A stretch of DNA of 64,000 nucleotides, from NCBI GenBank assembly GCA_035518095.1, contig DATIXX010000056.1, positions 16,063-80,062 on the forward strand, written 5' to 3'. The stretch is from Burkholderiales bacterium (GTDB lineage: Bacteria > Pseudomonadota > Gammaproteobacteria > Burkholderiales > JAHFRG01). Shown here in pieces: positions 38,710-46,971 of the stretch (position 1 is its first letter; every line of letters starts with the position of its first letter). The notes under the pieces were generated by a model. That model was not told where the DNA came from, ran no database searches, and saw nothing but the letters and a program-made list of their open reading frames with translations. Made by a program: the position numbers and the translations under genes.

Positions 38710-38735
38710 GCTTGCAATATGACAGAGTTGCAAGC
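38710..38735. promoter_or_regulatory. Inverted repeat GCTTGCAA-N10-TTGCAAGC in the mshM-like/secretin intergenic region
   Basis: Perfect 8-bp arms seen directly. It is adjacent to the near-palindrome TTGGCAATTATTGC. Function is unknown (operator, UAS or RNA hairpin). Confidence 0.3.
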
Positions 38736-38791
38736 TTTGTTGCTGGATTTAGTCGCTTACCGGAACTCGCGCAACTTGGATACGACCCACA

Positions 38792-40393
38792 TTAATTTTG
38801 AAACTGGCCTACTTTCAACAGCTTCAAATGAAACGCTTGGCCGTATTTGGGCGGGAGTTGATCCATTGCCGCGCGCGCGCTCTGTTGCGAAGAATAGATG
38901 CCGTAAAATACCCTGAATCGGGGCTTCCCCCCTATTTTCACCGGATGCACGTAAATTTCGTTTAGATTCACCAGCTTTGGGGCGCGATTAAGGAAGTCTT
39001 CGATACGTTTCGGGCGCATTTCTTCGGTGAGAAACAATTGGATGCTTAAATCATCCGGCGCGGCTTGGCGAAACGCTTCGCGCGTTGCTTCGATACGCAT
39101 CTGCAAAATCGGATATTGTTCGAAAGCACCGTAGCCTGATGCGGGTTGCGGCGCGATCGATGATTTGGTTTCCGTGCTTATCGGGGCGGAGCTAACGGCA
39201 GCAGACATGCGCAACGGAAGACTGAGCTCTCCTGTGTCGGTATTTTGCGGATTTGCGTTCTCAGATGCCCGAGAAACGGCCTGCGGAGATGTTGATAACG
39301 CTTCCTTATTTGATTCCGATGCCAGTCCGTCGGCAGCTGAAGGTTGCGTGATCGGGGAATCGTTTCGAATTGGTTGGGGCGCAGTTGTCCGGGGCTTTTC
39401 GGACTCTGCACGTTTTGCTCGCGCGCTTGCGACCGCTGCATCGCGGGCGGCGGACTGATGCGTCGTCGGCATTTCGAGCATAGGCAAAAGCAGGAGATAG
39501 GCACTGTACGATAATGTCCCAACCGCGATGCCGAATATTAGCCATCCCAAGCGCGAAAAAGCCTTGCGGCGTTGGCCAAGATCATTGCTGAATTCGCTGT
39601 CATGAATTGCCGCCTTGACATGCTTCGATTTGATGGTGTGAGTATTGTCAGCAAATGCCGCGAGCAGCGTCTTGTCCGCCAGCAAGTTCACGCGCCGGGT
39701 CAGCCCCTCTGAGGCCTTGGCAATCATGTGGACCACGCTTTGGGTAAAGAGGTCGGGGCCACGATAGCCTGCGGCGCGCATGCGAAACATCAGGTACTCC
39801 TTGATCTGTTCCGAATTCAGAGGGGTCAGCGAAAAGCTGTAGGTAATGCGCTCGCGCAGCTGGCGGATTTTCGGCTGGCGCAAAATTTCGTCAATCTCGG
39901 GTTGGCCAAAAAGCACGATCTGCAACAACTTGTGGCTCCCGGTCTCCAGGTTGGAGAGTAGACGTATTTCCTCAAGTGTGGCGAGCGGCATGCTCTGCGA
40001 TTCTTCGACAAAAATCACCACTTGCCGATTTTGCGTGTGCCGCTCGAGCAAATAGCTATGCAGCTCTTGCATTACTTTGATGCGCGGCTCGTTGTCCCCT
40101 ATTCGCAACTGTAATTCAAACGCGATGGCATGCAGAATTTCGTCAGGCGATACACTGGGATTGGCGAGATAGACAGACTCAATCTGTTGCGGCAGGCACG
40201 TTTGAAGCATACGGCACAACATGGTCTTGCCGCTGCCTACTTCGCCGCTAACCTTGATTATTCCTTCGCCATGCGAGATAGCATAGAGCAGCGCGTCTAG
40301 AATTGCGCCGCGGTTCCCCCCCGGGAAGAAAAATTCGGTGTTCGGGGTGATCTTAAACGGGGGTTGGGTCAGGCCGAAATACTCTTGATACAT
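38792..40393 (-). CDS. ExeA/GspA/MshM-like AAA ATPase with C-terminal SPOR-like domain
   Basis: Walker A GEVGSGKT, a central TM, a long low-complexity linker and a C-terminal ...FRVFYGIYSSQQSARAAMDQLP resembling DamX-type SPOR domains. Confidence 0.8.
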   Translation of the reverse strand: MYQEYFGLTQPPFKITPNTEFFFPGGNRGAILDALLYAISHGEGIIKVSGEVGSGKTMLCRMLQTCLPQQIESVYLANPSVSPDEILHAIAFELQLRIGDNEPRIKVMQELHSYLLERHTQNRQVVIFVEESQSMPLATLEEIRLLSNLETGSHKLLQIVLFGQPEIDEILRQPKIRQLRERITYSFSLTPLNSEQIKEYLMFRMRAAGYRGPDLFTQSVVHMIAKASEGLTRRVNLLADKTLLAAFADNTHTIKSKHVKAAIHDSEFSNDLGQRRKAFSRLGWLIFGIAVGTLSYSAYLLLLPMLEMPTTHQSAARDAAVASARAKRAESEKPRTTAPQPIRNDSPITQPSAADGLASESNKEALSTSPQAVSRASENANPQNTDTGELSLPLRMSAAVSSAPISTETKSSIAPQPASGYGAFEQYPILQMRIEATREAFRQAAPDDLSIQLFLTEEMRPKRIEDFLNRAPKLVNLNEIYVHPVKIGGKPRFRVFYGIYSSQQSARAAMDQLPPKYGQAFHLKLLKVGQFQN

Positions 40394-40398
40394 GTCGA

Positions 40399-41835
40399 TT
40401 AATTGTCCTCATTCTCCACATCCCCATATTGTTGCATACGGCTGTACAACGTGGTGCGGCGCACCCCCAATAGTTTTGCGGCCTGAGAAAGATTGCCGTG
40501 GGTGATGGAAAGCGCGGCCTCAACGTAACTTTTTTCCCATTGTTGCAGCATTTCGTCCAAACTGAAATTTTTCTGCGACTGCAAATGTTTCCTTGCTGCG
40601 TCGAGCAAGGCTTTAGAGTCCTGGGCCATCACCGGCTCGGGCATTTTGCCGTCCACATTGTCCATATCCAGTTCGCCTTGCAATTGCGAGGTCCCGACAG
40701 TTTGTCCGGGATATTTGGTCGTCAGGCGGATTACGATATTTCGCAATTCACGCACATTGCCTGGAAAGCTGTAGTCGCGCCACAGGGCCAAAGATTTATC
40801 GTCCAAATTGAATGCCGCAACGTGGCCTTGGCGTGAATAAAAATCGCGGAAATGGTTGAGCAGGATTAGTTTGTCCTCGTCGAGCTCCCGCAGCGCTGGC
40901 ACGCTGATACTGAATACGCTCAGACGATGGTACAGGTCGGCACGAAATCGGCTGGCTTTTATTTCTTGGCGCAGATCACGATTGGTTGCGGCAACTACAC
41001 GTGCGTTACTGGTGCGGCTTGCGGTTTCGCCGACGCGCTGATATTCGCCATTTTCCAGGACCCGCAAAAGCTTGGCCTGCAATTCCAGCGGCAGTTCGCC
41101 GATTTCATCGAGAAACAGCGTTCCGTCTTTTGCGTCTTCAAAGTAGCCCGAATGCGGTGCCGTGGCGCCAGTGAAAGAACCCTTGCTGTATCCAAACAGC
41201 GTAGGCTCTACTAGATTCGGGGAAATTGCGGCGCAGTTGAGCGCCAAATATGGTTTTTGCCTGCGGCCGCTCAAGTTGTGCAAGGAAATTGCAACGAGTT
41301 CCTTGCCACTGCCCGACTCGCCTTCGATGAGGACCGGAAACGGTGCATTTGCGTACTGGCCGATTTGATTGCGGAGTTTTTCAATCACCAAGCTTTTGCC
41401 AATAATTCCCCCCTCCACGGGCGCTACCACCAGTTCTGCGTCGCGGATTTGCAGGGCCTTGGCAAGCAGGGTTTTGAGCGTTTCCGGTTCGCACGGCTTG
41501 GCGATAAATTCGATGGCGCCCAGCGTGCGCGCGTGCCGCGCGTTGGCCTCGTCATTCTGGCCCGAGAGCACCACGATCTTGATATCCGGCGAGTACGCCA
41601 GCAATTCGCTGATCAGGCGGAAACCTTCGTCGGGGCGATGCGGGGTGGGGGGTAGCCCCAGGTCAATCAATGCCAGCTGTGGCGGTTTGTCGAGCTGCCG
41701 CAGCAGGCTTTTAACTTGGTTGCGCGAATCCGCTGCATAGACCGTATAATCCTTGCTCAACACGAAATTCAGAGTATCGGTAATCAGCGGGTCGTCGTCG
41801 ACGATCAGCAGATCAGGTTTGGCTTGAGTATCCAC
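40399..41835 (-). CDS. Sigma-54-dependent response regulator (PrsR-like enhancer-binding protein)
   Basis: Receiver LLIVDDD...IDLGLPP, AAA+ GESGSGKE, a GSFTGA variant of GAFTGA and a Fis-type HTH at the C-terminus. The start is ambiguous (GTG at 41835 or TTG at 41862). Confidence 0.88.
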   Translation of the reverse strand: MDTQAKPDLLIVDDDPLITDTLNFVLSKDYTVYAADSRNQVKSLLRQLDKPPQLALIDLGLPPTPHRPDEGFRLISELLAYSPDIKIVVLSGQNDEANARHARTLGAIEFIAKPCEPETLKTLLAKALQIRDAELVVAPVEGGIIGKSLVIEKLRNQIGQYANAPFPVLIEGESGSGKELVAISLHNLSGRRQKPYLALNCAAISPNLVEPTLFGYSKGSFTGATAPHSGYFEDAKDGTLFLDEIGELPLELQAKLLRVLENGEYQRVGETASRTSNARVVAATNRDLRQEIKASRFRADLYHRLSVFSISVPALRELDEDKLILLNHFRDFYSRQGHVAAFNLDDKSLALWRDYSFPGNVRELRNIVIRLTTKYPGQTVGTSQLQGELDMDNVDGKMPEPVMAQDSKALLDAARKHLQSQKNFSLDEMLQQWEKSYVEAALSITHGNLSQAAKLLGVRRTTLYSRMQQYGDVENEDN

Positions 41836-41886
41836 CGTATCCCACACCTTCAGGCAAAACAACTTTGGTCATTTTGCCAGAGTCTT

Positions 41887-42100
41887 GGAGTCTCTAACAT
41901 AGTCAAAGTACCTCTGCGTTGCTGTTCGAGAGGTGCGGGTGCAAAGCTCGAAGACGTAGCGCTACCCCGTGCTAACGTGAGCCCGAGCAATTGCGCAGAC
42001 GCGATTTGGGCCGCAACCGGCAGGGACGGCGCAGCGCGCTTCGCGGCGTGCACTTGGTCCCGGCCCGTCGCAACAAGAGTATAAGTATGTTAGAGACTCC
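41887..42100. repeat. Perfect 15-bp inverted repeat (GGAGTCTCTAACATA / TATGTTAGAGACTCC) enclosing a 184-bp GC-rich spacer
   Basis: The arms at 41887-41901 and 42086-42100 are exact reverse complements. The element fills the ABC-ATPase/response-regulator intergenic space and abuts the ATPase stop codon. Confidence 0.6.
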
Positions 42101-42840
42101 TAGGTCCCCGCCATTGCCCCCGGCTCGCCGATACAGGACAAGAATGCCCGCTCCAGAGTCGGCGCCGCGTGCGCGCGGCACAATTGTTGCGGAGTGCCCA
42201 CAAAAAGTACGCGGCCATCGTGGATTACGGCCATGCGGTCGCAAATTTCCTCGACATCGGCGAGTGTGTGCGACGTGAGAAACAAGGTGCGGCCTTTATC
42301 ACGCAGTTCATTGAATTTCGTCTTCAATCGCGCACGCGCTTTTGGATCCAGGCCACTGGTAGGCTCATCCAGCACATAGAGTTCCTTGCTGGCGAGAAAG
42401 CACGCCGCGAGCCCCAGTTTCTGAGTCATACCCTTGGAATAAGCGCGCACCGGAAGCCGCAGTGCCGCCAAATCGAGATCAAGCGCAGAAAGCATTCCCT
42501 CTACCTGATTTGGATCATACGCTATCCCCTGCAGCCTCAGCATGTAATGCAGGAAGTCGCGTCCGGTCAAGTAAAAAGGCGGAATAAAGCGTTCCGGCAG
42601 AAACGACAGGCGTTTGCGGGCCGCCGTGACGCGGTGGGAAGTGCCGAAGATATTAATTGCGCCCGCATCGGTTTCGCAAAAATCAAGCAGACATTTTAAG
42701 AGCGTGGTCTTGCCGGCGCCGTTGATTCCCACCAGAGCAAAATATTCCCCGCTCTCGACGCTGAAGCTTATCTCGTTGAGTGCGGTGTATTTTCCGAAAT
42801 TCTTACGGACGCCAATGATATCCAGTGCGTGTGCGCGCAT
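42100..42840 (-). CDS. ABC transporter ATP-binding protein (ABC-2 subfamily-like), no adjacent permease
   Basis: Walker A GINGAGKTT, signature YSKGMTQKLGLA and Walker B LYVLDEP. ATG at 42840 (the track start at 42849 is TTG). Confidence 0.88.
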   Translation of the reverse strand: MRAHALDIIGVRKNFGKYTALNEISFSVESGEYFALVGINGAGKTTLLKCLLDFCETDAGAINIFGTSHRVTAARKRLSFLPERFIPPFYLTGRDFLHYMLRLQGIAYDPNQVEGMLSALDLDLAALRLPVRAYSKGMTQKLGLAACFLASKELYVLDEPTSGLDPKARARLKTKFNELRDKGRTLFLTSHTLADVEEICDRMAVIHDGRVLFVGTPQQLCRAHAAPTLERAFLSCIGEPGAMAGT

Positions 42841-42975
42841 GAGTAGCAAACGGGATCGAATTTCCGTTTATTCATGATAACACGCCGATGAGAATCGCAT
42901 TTGGCCAACAAGTTAAAAACAATCGAGTTTTTCTATTTGCAATAACTAGTTTAAAATTCGCTTTTCCGAACTCAA

Positions 42976-43800
42976 TTGTCCCCAACGGTGCCCGCGGACC
43001 ATCTTGTTGAAATAAACAACGTCAATTTTGCCTACGACGAACACCCTGTCCTCAAGGGAATGAACATGCGCATTGCCCGGGGACAGGTGGTTTCCATCAT
43101 GGGTGGCAGTGGTTGCGGCAAGACCACGCTGCTGCGGCTCATCGGCGGGCAATTGCGACCCGCAGCCGGCTCGGTCAAGGTGGCCGGGGAAGTAATTCAT
43201 GAATTGGGGCATGACGAGCTGTATCGTATGCGACGGCGCATGGGGATGTTATTTCAATTCGGCGCCTTATTCACGGATTTGTCGGTGTTTGATAATGTTG
43301 CGTTTCCTTTGCGCGAGCACACCGATCTTCCGGAGACGCTCATTCGCGACCTGGTGCTGATGAAGCTGCACGCGGTCGGTTTGCGCGGGGCCCGCGACCT
43401 CATGCCTTCCGCAATCTCCGGCGGTATGTCGCGGCGCGTGGCACTTGCGCGCGCAATTGCACTCGATCCCATGCTCATCATGTATGATGAGCCGTTCGCC
43501 GGTCTGGACCCGATTTCACTTGGCGTAATCGCCAACCTCATCAGACGCCTGAACGATGCGCTGGGCGCGACATCGATTATTGTCACCCATGACGTGGAGG
43601 AAACGTTAGCTATCGTGGATTACGTTTATTTTGTTTCAGAGGGCGTCTTGGTGGCGCAGGGCACGCCGAATGAAATTCGCGCATCTGCTTTGCCGTTCGT
43701 ACACCAGTTTGTACATGCGGAAATGGACGGGCCGGTGCCGTTTCATTACTCCAGCCCGCCTTATGCCAAGGACCTGGGGTTAGATGAACGCGGTGGTTAA
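42976..43800 (+). CDS. mlaF: Phospholipid ABC transporter ATP-binding protein MlaF
   Basis: Walker A GGSGCGKTT and signature ISGGMSRRVALAR. First gene of the mlaFEDCB order. Non-ATG start (TTG at 42976 or GTG at 42988). Confidence 0.92.
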   Translation: MSPTVPADHLVEINNVNFAYDEHPVLKGMNMRIARGQVVSIMGGSGCGKTTLLRLIGGQLRPAAGSVKVAGEVIHELGHDELYRMRRRMGMLFQFGALFTDLSVFDNVAFPLREHTDLPETLIRDLVLMKLHAVGLRGARDLMPSAISGGMSRRVALARAIALDPMLIMYDEPFAGLDPISLGVIANLIRRLNDALGATSIIVTHDVEETLAIVDYVYFVSEGVLVAQGTPNEIRASALPFVHQFVHAEMDGPVPFHYSSPPYAKDLGLDERGG

Positions 43801-44587
43801 AGCAATTCCTGACGGGCTTCGAGTACTGGGCGGCTCGGCAATTAGCGGTGTAATGCGGCTAGGCGTTGCCAGCCGTTTTCTTTGGGCCACCGTTATTCAG
43901 TCCGGCACCAGTTTCCGGCGGTTTAGGCTGGTTACACGCGAAATTTATTTTGTCGGCGTTTATTCGCTGATCATCATTATAGTTTCGGGGTTGTTTGTCG
44001 GTTTCGTGTTGGGACTGCAAGGCTACAATACCTTGCAGAAATACGCGTCTGAACAGGCCTTGGGCCTGCTGGTTGCTCTCTCTTTGGTCCGCGAGCTCGG
44101 ACCAGTAGTTACTGCGCTATTGTTTGCCGGCCGTGCTGGTACCGCGCTTACCGCTGAAATCGGCCTTATGAAAGCGACCGAGCAGCTTTCCGCGATGGAA
44201 ATGATGGCTGTGGATCCGATCGCCCGCGTGGTAGCACCGCGCTTTTGGGCGGGCGTAATTTCGATGCCAGTATTGGCGGCGATCTTCAGCATAGTCGGCG
44301 TGTTCGGCGGCTATTTCGTCGGGGTCGTGCTGATAGGCGTGGATGAAGGCGCATTCTGGTCGCAAATGCAGGCCGGGGTGGATGTGTTTGATGACGTACT
44401 GAACGGGGAGATCAAAAGCTTGGTGTTTGGTGTGACCGTGACGCTGATCGCCTTGTTCGAAGGCTATGACTGCTATCCCACCGCGGAGGGGGTAGCGAGT
44501 GCGACTACACGCACGGTGGTTATCTCGTCGCTGGCAGTACTGGCGCTGGATTTTGTGTTGACAGCTTTTATGCTTGGAGGATGGTGA
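43784..44587 (+). CDS. mlaE: Phospholipid ABC transporter permease MlaE
   Basis: 267 aa polytopic protein with a LVRELGPVVTALLFAGRAG motif. Confidence 0.93.
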   Translation: MNAVVKAIPDGLRVLGGSAISGVMRLGVASRFLWATVIQSGTSFRRFRLVTREIYFVGVYSLIIIIVSGLFVGFVLGLQGYNTLQKYASEQALGLLVALSLVRELGPVVTALLFAGRAGTALTAEIGLMKATEQLSAMEMMAVDPIARVVAPRFWAGVISMPVLAAIFSIVGVFGGYFVGVVLIGVDEGAFWSQMQAGVDVFDDVLNGEIKSLVFGVTVTLIALFEGYDCYPTAEGVASATTRTVVISSLAVLALDFVLTAFMLGGW

Positions 44588-45054
44588 TGGGATCGAAAAC
44601 GCTCGATTTGTGGGCAGGCATGTTTGTCCTGGCTGGAATCGTCGCCTTGTTCATGCTGGCGTTCAAAGTCGGCAACCTTAGCAGCTTTAGCTTGTCTAGC
44701 AATAATTATCCGCTCTATGCCAATTTCGAGAATATCGGGGGCCTAAAGGTACGCGCACCGGTAAGAAGCGCCGGCGTGGTGGTCGGGCGCGTTGCCGACA
44801 TCCGCTTCGACAACAAGGACTATGTGGCGAGAGTAACATTAAGTATTGACAATCGTTATAAGTTTCCCAAGGACACTTTTGCCAGCATCCTTACGTCCGG
44901 TTTGCTCGGTGAGCAATACATTGGGCTGGATGCGGGAGGCGACACCAAATATCTGCAGGCCGGAGACACCATCAAGAAAACCCAGTCTGCACTGGTGCTG
45001 GAAAAGTTAATAGGCCAGTTTTTATTCAGTAAAGCCGAAGGCGGGAACAAATGA
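44581..45054 (+). CDS. mlaD: Outer membrane lipid asymmetry protein MlaD (MCE domain)
   Basis: N-terminal TM and MCE motif GLKVRAPVRSAGVVVGRV. 157 aa. Confidence 0.92.
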   Translation: MVMGSKTLDLWAGMFVLAGIVALFMLAFKVGNLSSFSLSSNNYPLYANFENIGGLKVRAPVRSAGVVVGRVADIRFDNKDYVARVTLSIDNRYKFPKDTFASILTSGLLGEQYIGLDAGGDTKYLQAGDTIKKTQSALVLEKLIGQFLFSKAEGGNK

Positions 45055-45701
45055 AGACTATTTACAGGTTACCATGGGTGCTTGGGGTGTTCGCAAGTGG
45101 CTTAGCCTTGGCGGCGGATATCGTGCCGCCGGATGTGCTGGTGCGCAACACCGCTGACGAAGTTCTGCAGATCGTCAAGAATGACAAGAGCATTCAGGCG
45201 GGAGATCGTAAAAAACTCTACCAGTTGGTGGAAACAAAAGTCGTGCCGCATTTTGATTTTGTCCGCATTACCCGGCTCGCGGTGGGCAAGAACTGGCGCC
45301 ACGCTACACCGGAACAGCAGCAGTCATTGGTAGCCCAATTTCGTACGCTGCTGGTACGCACTTATTCCACCGCTCTTACTTCCTACAAAGACCAAACCTA
45401 TACCGTGAAACCCGCCGATATCCAAGGCGACGATGCACAGGTAAGAGTAGAAATCATGCAACCCGGTGGACAGCCGATCACGATGGATTACAGCCTGGAA
45501 AAGACGCCCGACGGCTGGAAAGTTTACGACGTGGTGGTGGCCGGAGTGAGCCTGGTGACGAGTTACCGCAGTACATTCAATAATCAAATCGACCAGTCGG
45601 GTATAGACGGCCTGATAAAGGTATTGATGGACAAGAACGAAAAACTTGATAGCGGCACCGATAAACCGAATAACCAGGTGCAGGCGCAACAGAAAAGATG
45701 A
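45051..45701 (+). CDS. mlaC: Phospholipid-binding periplasmic protein MlaC (Ttg2D)
   Basis: Signal peptide, 216 aa, and the typical FDF..I.R.A.G..WR motif (HFDFVRITRLAVGKNWR). Confidence 0.9.
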   Translation: MKTIYRLPWVLGVFASGLALAADIVPPDVLVRNTADEVLQIVKNDKSIQAGDRKKLYQLVETKVVPHFDFVRITRLAVGKNWRHATPEQQQSLVAQFRTLLVRTYSTALTSYKDQTYTVKPADIQGDDAQVRVEIMQPGGQPITMDYSLEKTPDGWKVYDVVVAGVSLVTSYRSTFNNQIDQSGIDGLIKVLMDKNEKLDSGTDKPNNQVQAQQKR

Positions 45702-45988
45702 TCGTTCGTGATGGCAACCGGTTGTTGGTGCAGGGTGCGGTCACTATGAGCAATGTAAATTCTCTATTCGAGGCTGGCCTGCAGCAACTTAATCACGAGC
45801 TTACGGAAGTCGATTTCAGCGGACTGCGGGAAGTAGATTCATCCGCAATCACCATGGTGCTTGAATGGCTCCGCGTTTCCAAAAGGCGAAACCTGCGGCT
45901 GAGCGTACGCAACATGCCTGACAATATGAAAAGTCTCGCCTCGCTTTACGGTGTTCTAGACCTGATACCTTTTTCTGACGGGAGATGA
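45698..45988 (+). CDS. mlaB: STAS-domain protein MlaB
   Basis: 96 aa, operon position after mlaC, and a STAS-like pattern (VDFSGLREVDSSAITMVLEW). Confidence 0.8.
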   Translation: MIVRDGNRLLVQGAVTMSNVNSLFEAGLQQLNHELTEVDFSGLREVDSSAITMVLEWLRVSKRRNLRLSVRNMPDNMKSLASLYGVLDLIPFSDGR

Positions 45989-46056
45989 GGAATCGCAGGG
46001 ACACGCATTGCTGGTAGCGGAGTGGCGGACTTCGTTAGGCCTACTTCTCGCAGCAC

Positions 46057-46971
46057 GTGTCACCGGTACCCATGACTCCTGCCATTCAGATAAGTGAGGT
46101 GCATAAACGCTTTGGCGCCGTTCAGGCGCTGAGGAATGTAAGCCTGGAGATCGCGCAGGGCGAGTTCTTTGCGCTCTTGGGGCCGAATGGCGCGGGCAAA
46201 ACCACTCTGATCAATATACTGGCCGGGTTAGCGCGTGCGGACAGCGGTAAAATTGCGGTAATGGGCTTTGATGTCATCGCCCAGTACCGGAACGCACGAC
46301 GCGCACTCGGCGTGGTGCCGCAGGAATTGGTGTTCGATCCATTCTTTACAGTGCGCGAGACTCTAATTATCCAATCCGGCTATTTCGGAATTAAAAGCAA
46401 TCGCGGCTGGATCGACGAGATAATTCAGCATCTGAACCTTGCTGACAAGGCTGACACTAATATGCGAGCTTTGTCCGGCGGTATGAAGCGCCGCGTGCTG
46501 GTGGCGCAGGCGCTGGTGCATAAACCGCCTGTTATTGTGCTGGACGAACCGACGGCTGGCGTGGACGTCGAACTGCGTCAGGAACTTTGGCAGTTCATCA
46601 GAAAACTCAATGCCGACGGCCACACGATTGTGCTTACCACTCATTATCTAGAAGAGGCGGAAACGCAGTGCAGCCGAATAGCCATGCTGAAGCAGGGAAA
46701 GATCGTCGCCCTCGACACCACTAGACATCTTCTAGAAAGCTTTTCCGCGCGCCAAGTCAAGCTGAGGCTGTCGCCAGATTACCTGCCCGAGGATTTGCGC
46801 TCCTTGCTGAGGCAGCGCATCGATTCGAGCTACACACTGGCGCTACCCGATTATTCAGAACTGGAAAGAGTTATGTCGCGATTGCGCGAAGCCGGCATTA
46901 CGGTTCAGGAAATTGAATTGCTCCAGCCCGACCTGGAAGAAGTGTTTGTGCAAATAATGAGCAAACACTGA
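46057..46971 (+). CDS. ABC-2 type transporter ATP-binding protein (YadG-like)
   Basis: GTG start. Walker [10 protein letters not shown], signature LSGGMKRRVLVAQ and Walker B VIVLDEPT. Confidence 0.9.
   Translation: MSPVPMTPAIQISEVHKRFGAVQALRNVSLEIAQGEFFALLGPNGAGKTTLINILAGLARADSGKIAVMGFDVIAQYRNARRALGVVPQELVFDPFFTVRETLIIQSGYFGIKSNRGWIDEIIQHLNLADKADTNMRALSGGMKRRVLVAQALVHKPPVIVLDEPTAGVDVELRQELWQFIRKLNADGHTIVLTTHYLEEAETQCSRIAMLKQGKIVALDTTRHLLESFSARQVKLRLSPDYLPEDLRSLLRQRIDSSYTLALPDYSELERVMSRLREAGITVQEIELLQPDLEEVFVQIMSKH

Noticed and set aside
38697-38718. A sigma-54-like TGGCA...TTGCA on the plus strand.
   Set aside because: The GG-to-GC spacing is 8 or 12 nt instead of 10, and there is no plus-strand gene downstream. 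It is kept only as part of the palindrome observation.
41850-42053. A 67-aa Ala-rich ORF inside the inverted-repeat element.
   Set aside because: It has a non-ATG start, low-complexity Ala/Ser/Leu content from GC-rich DNA, and runs across the repeat arm. There is no support for coding.
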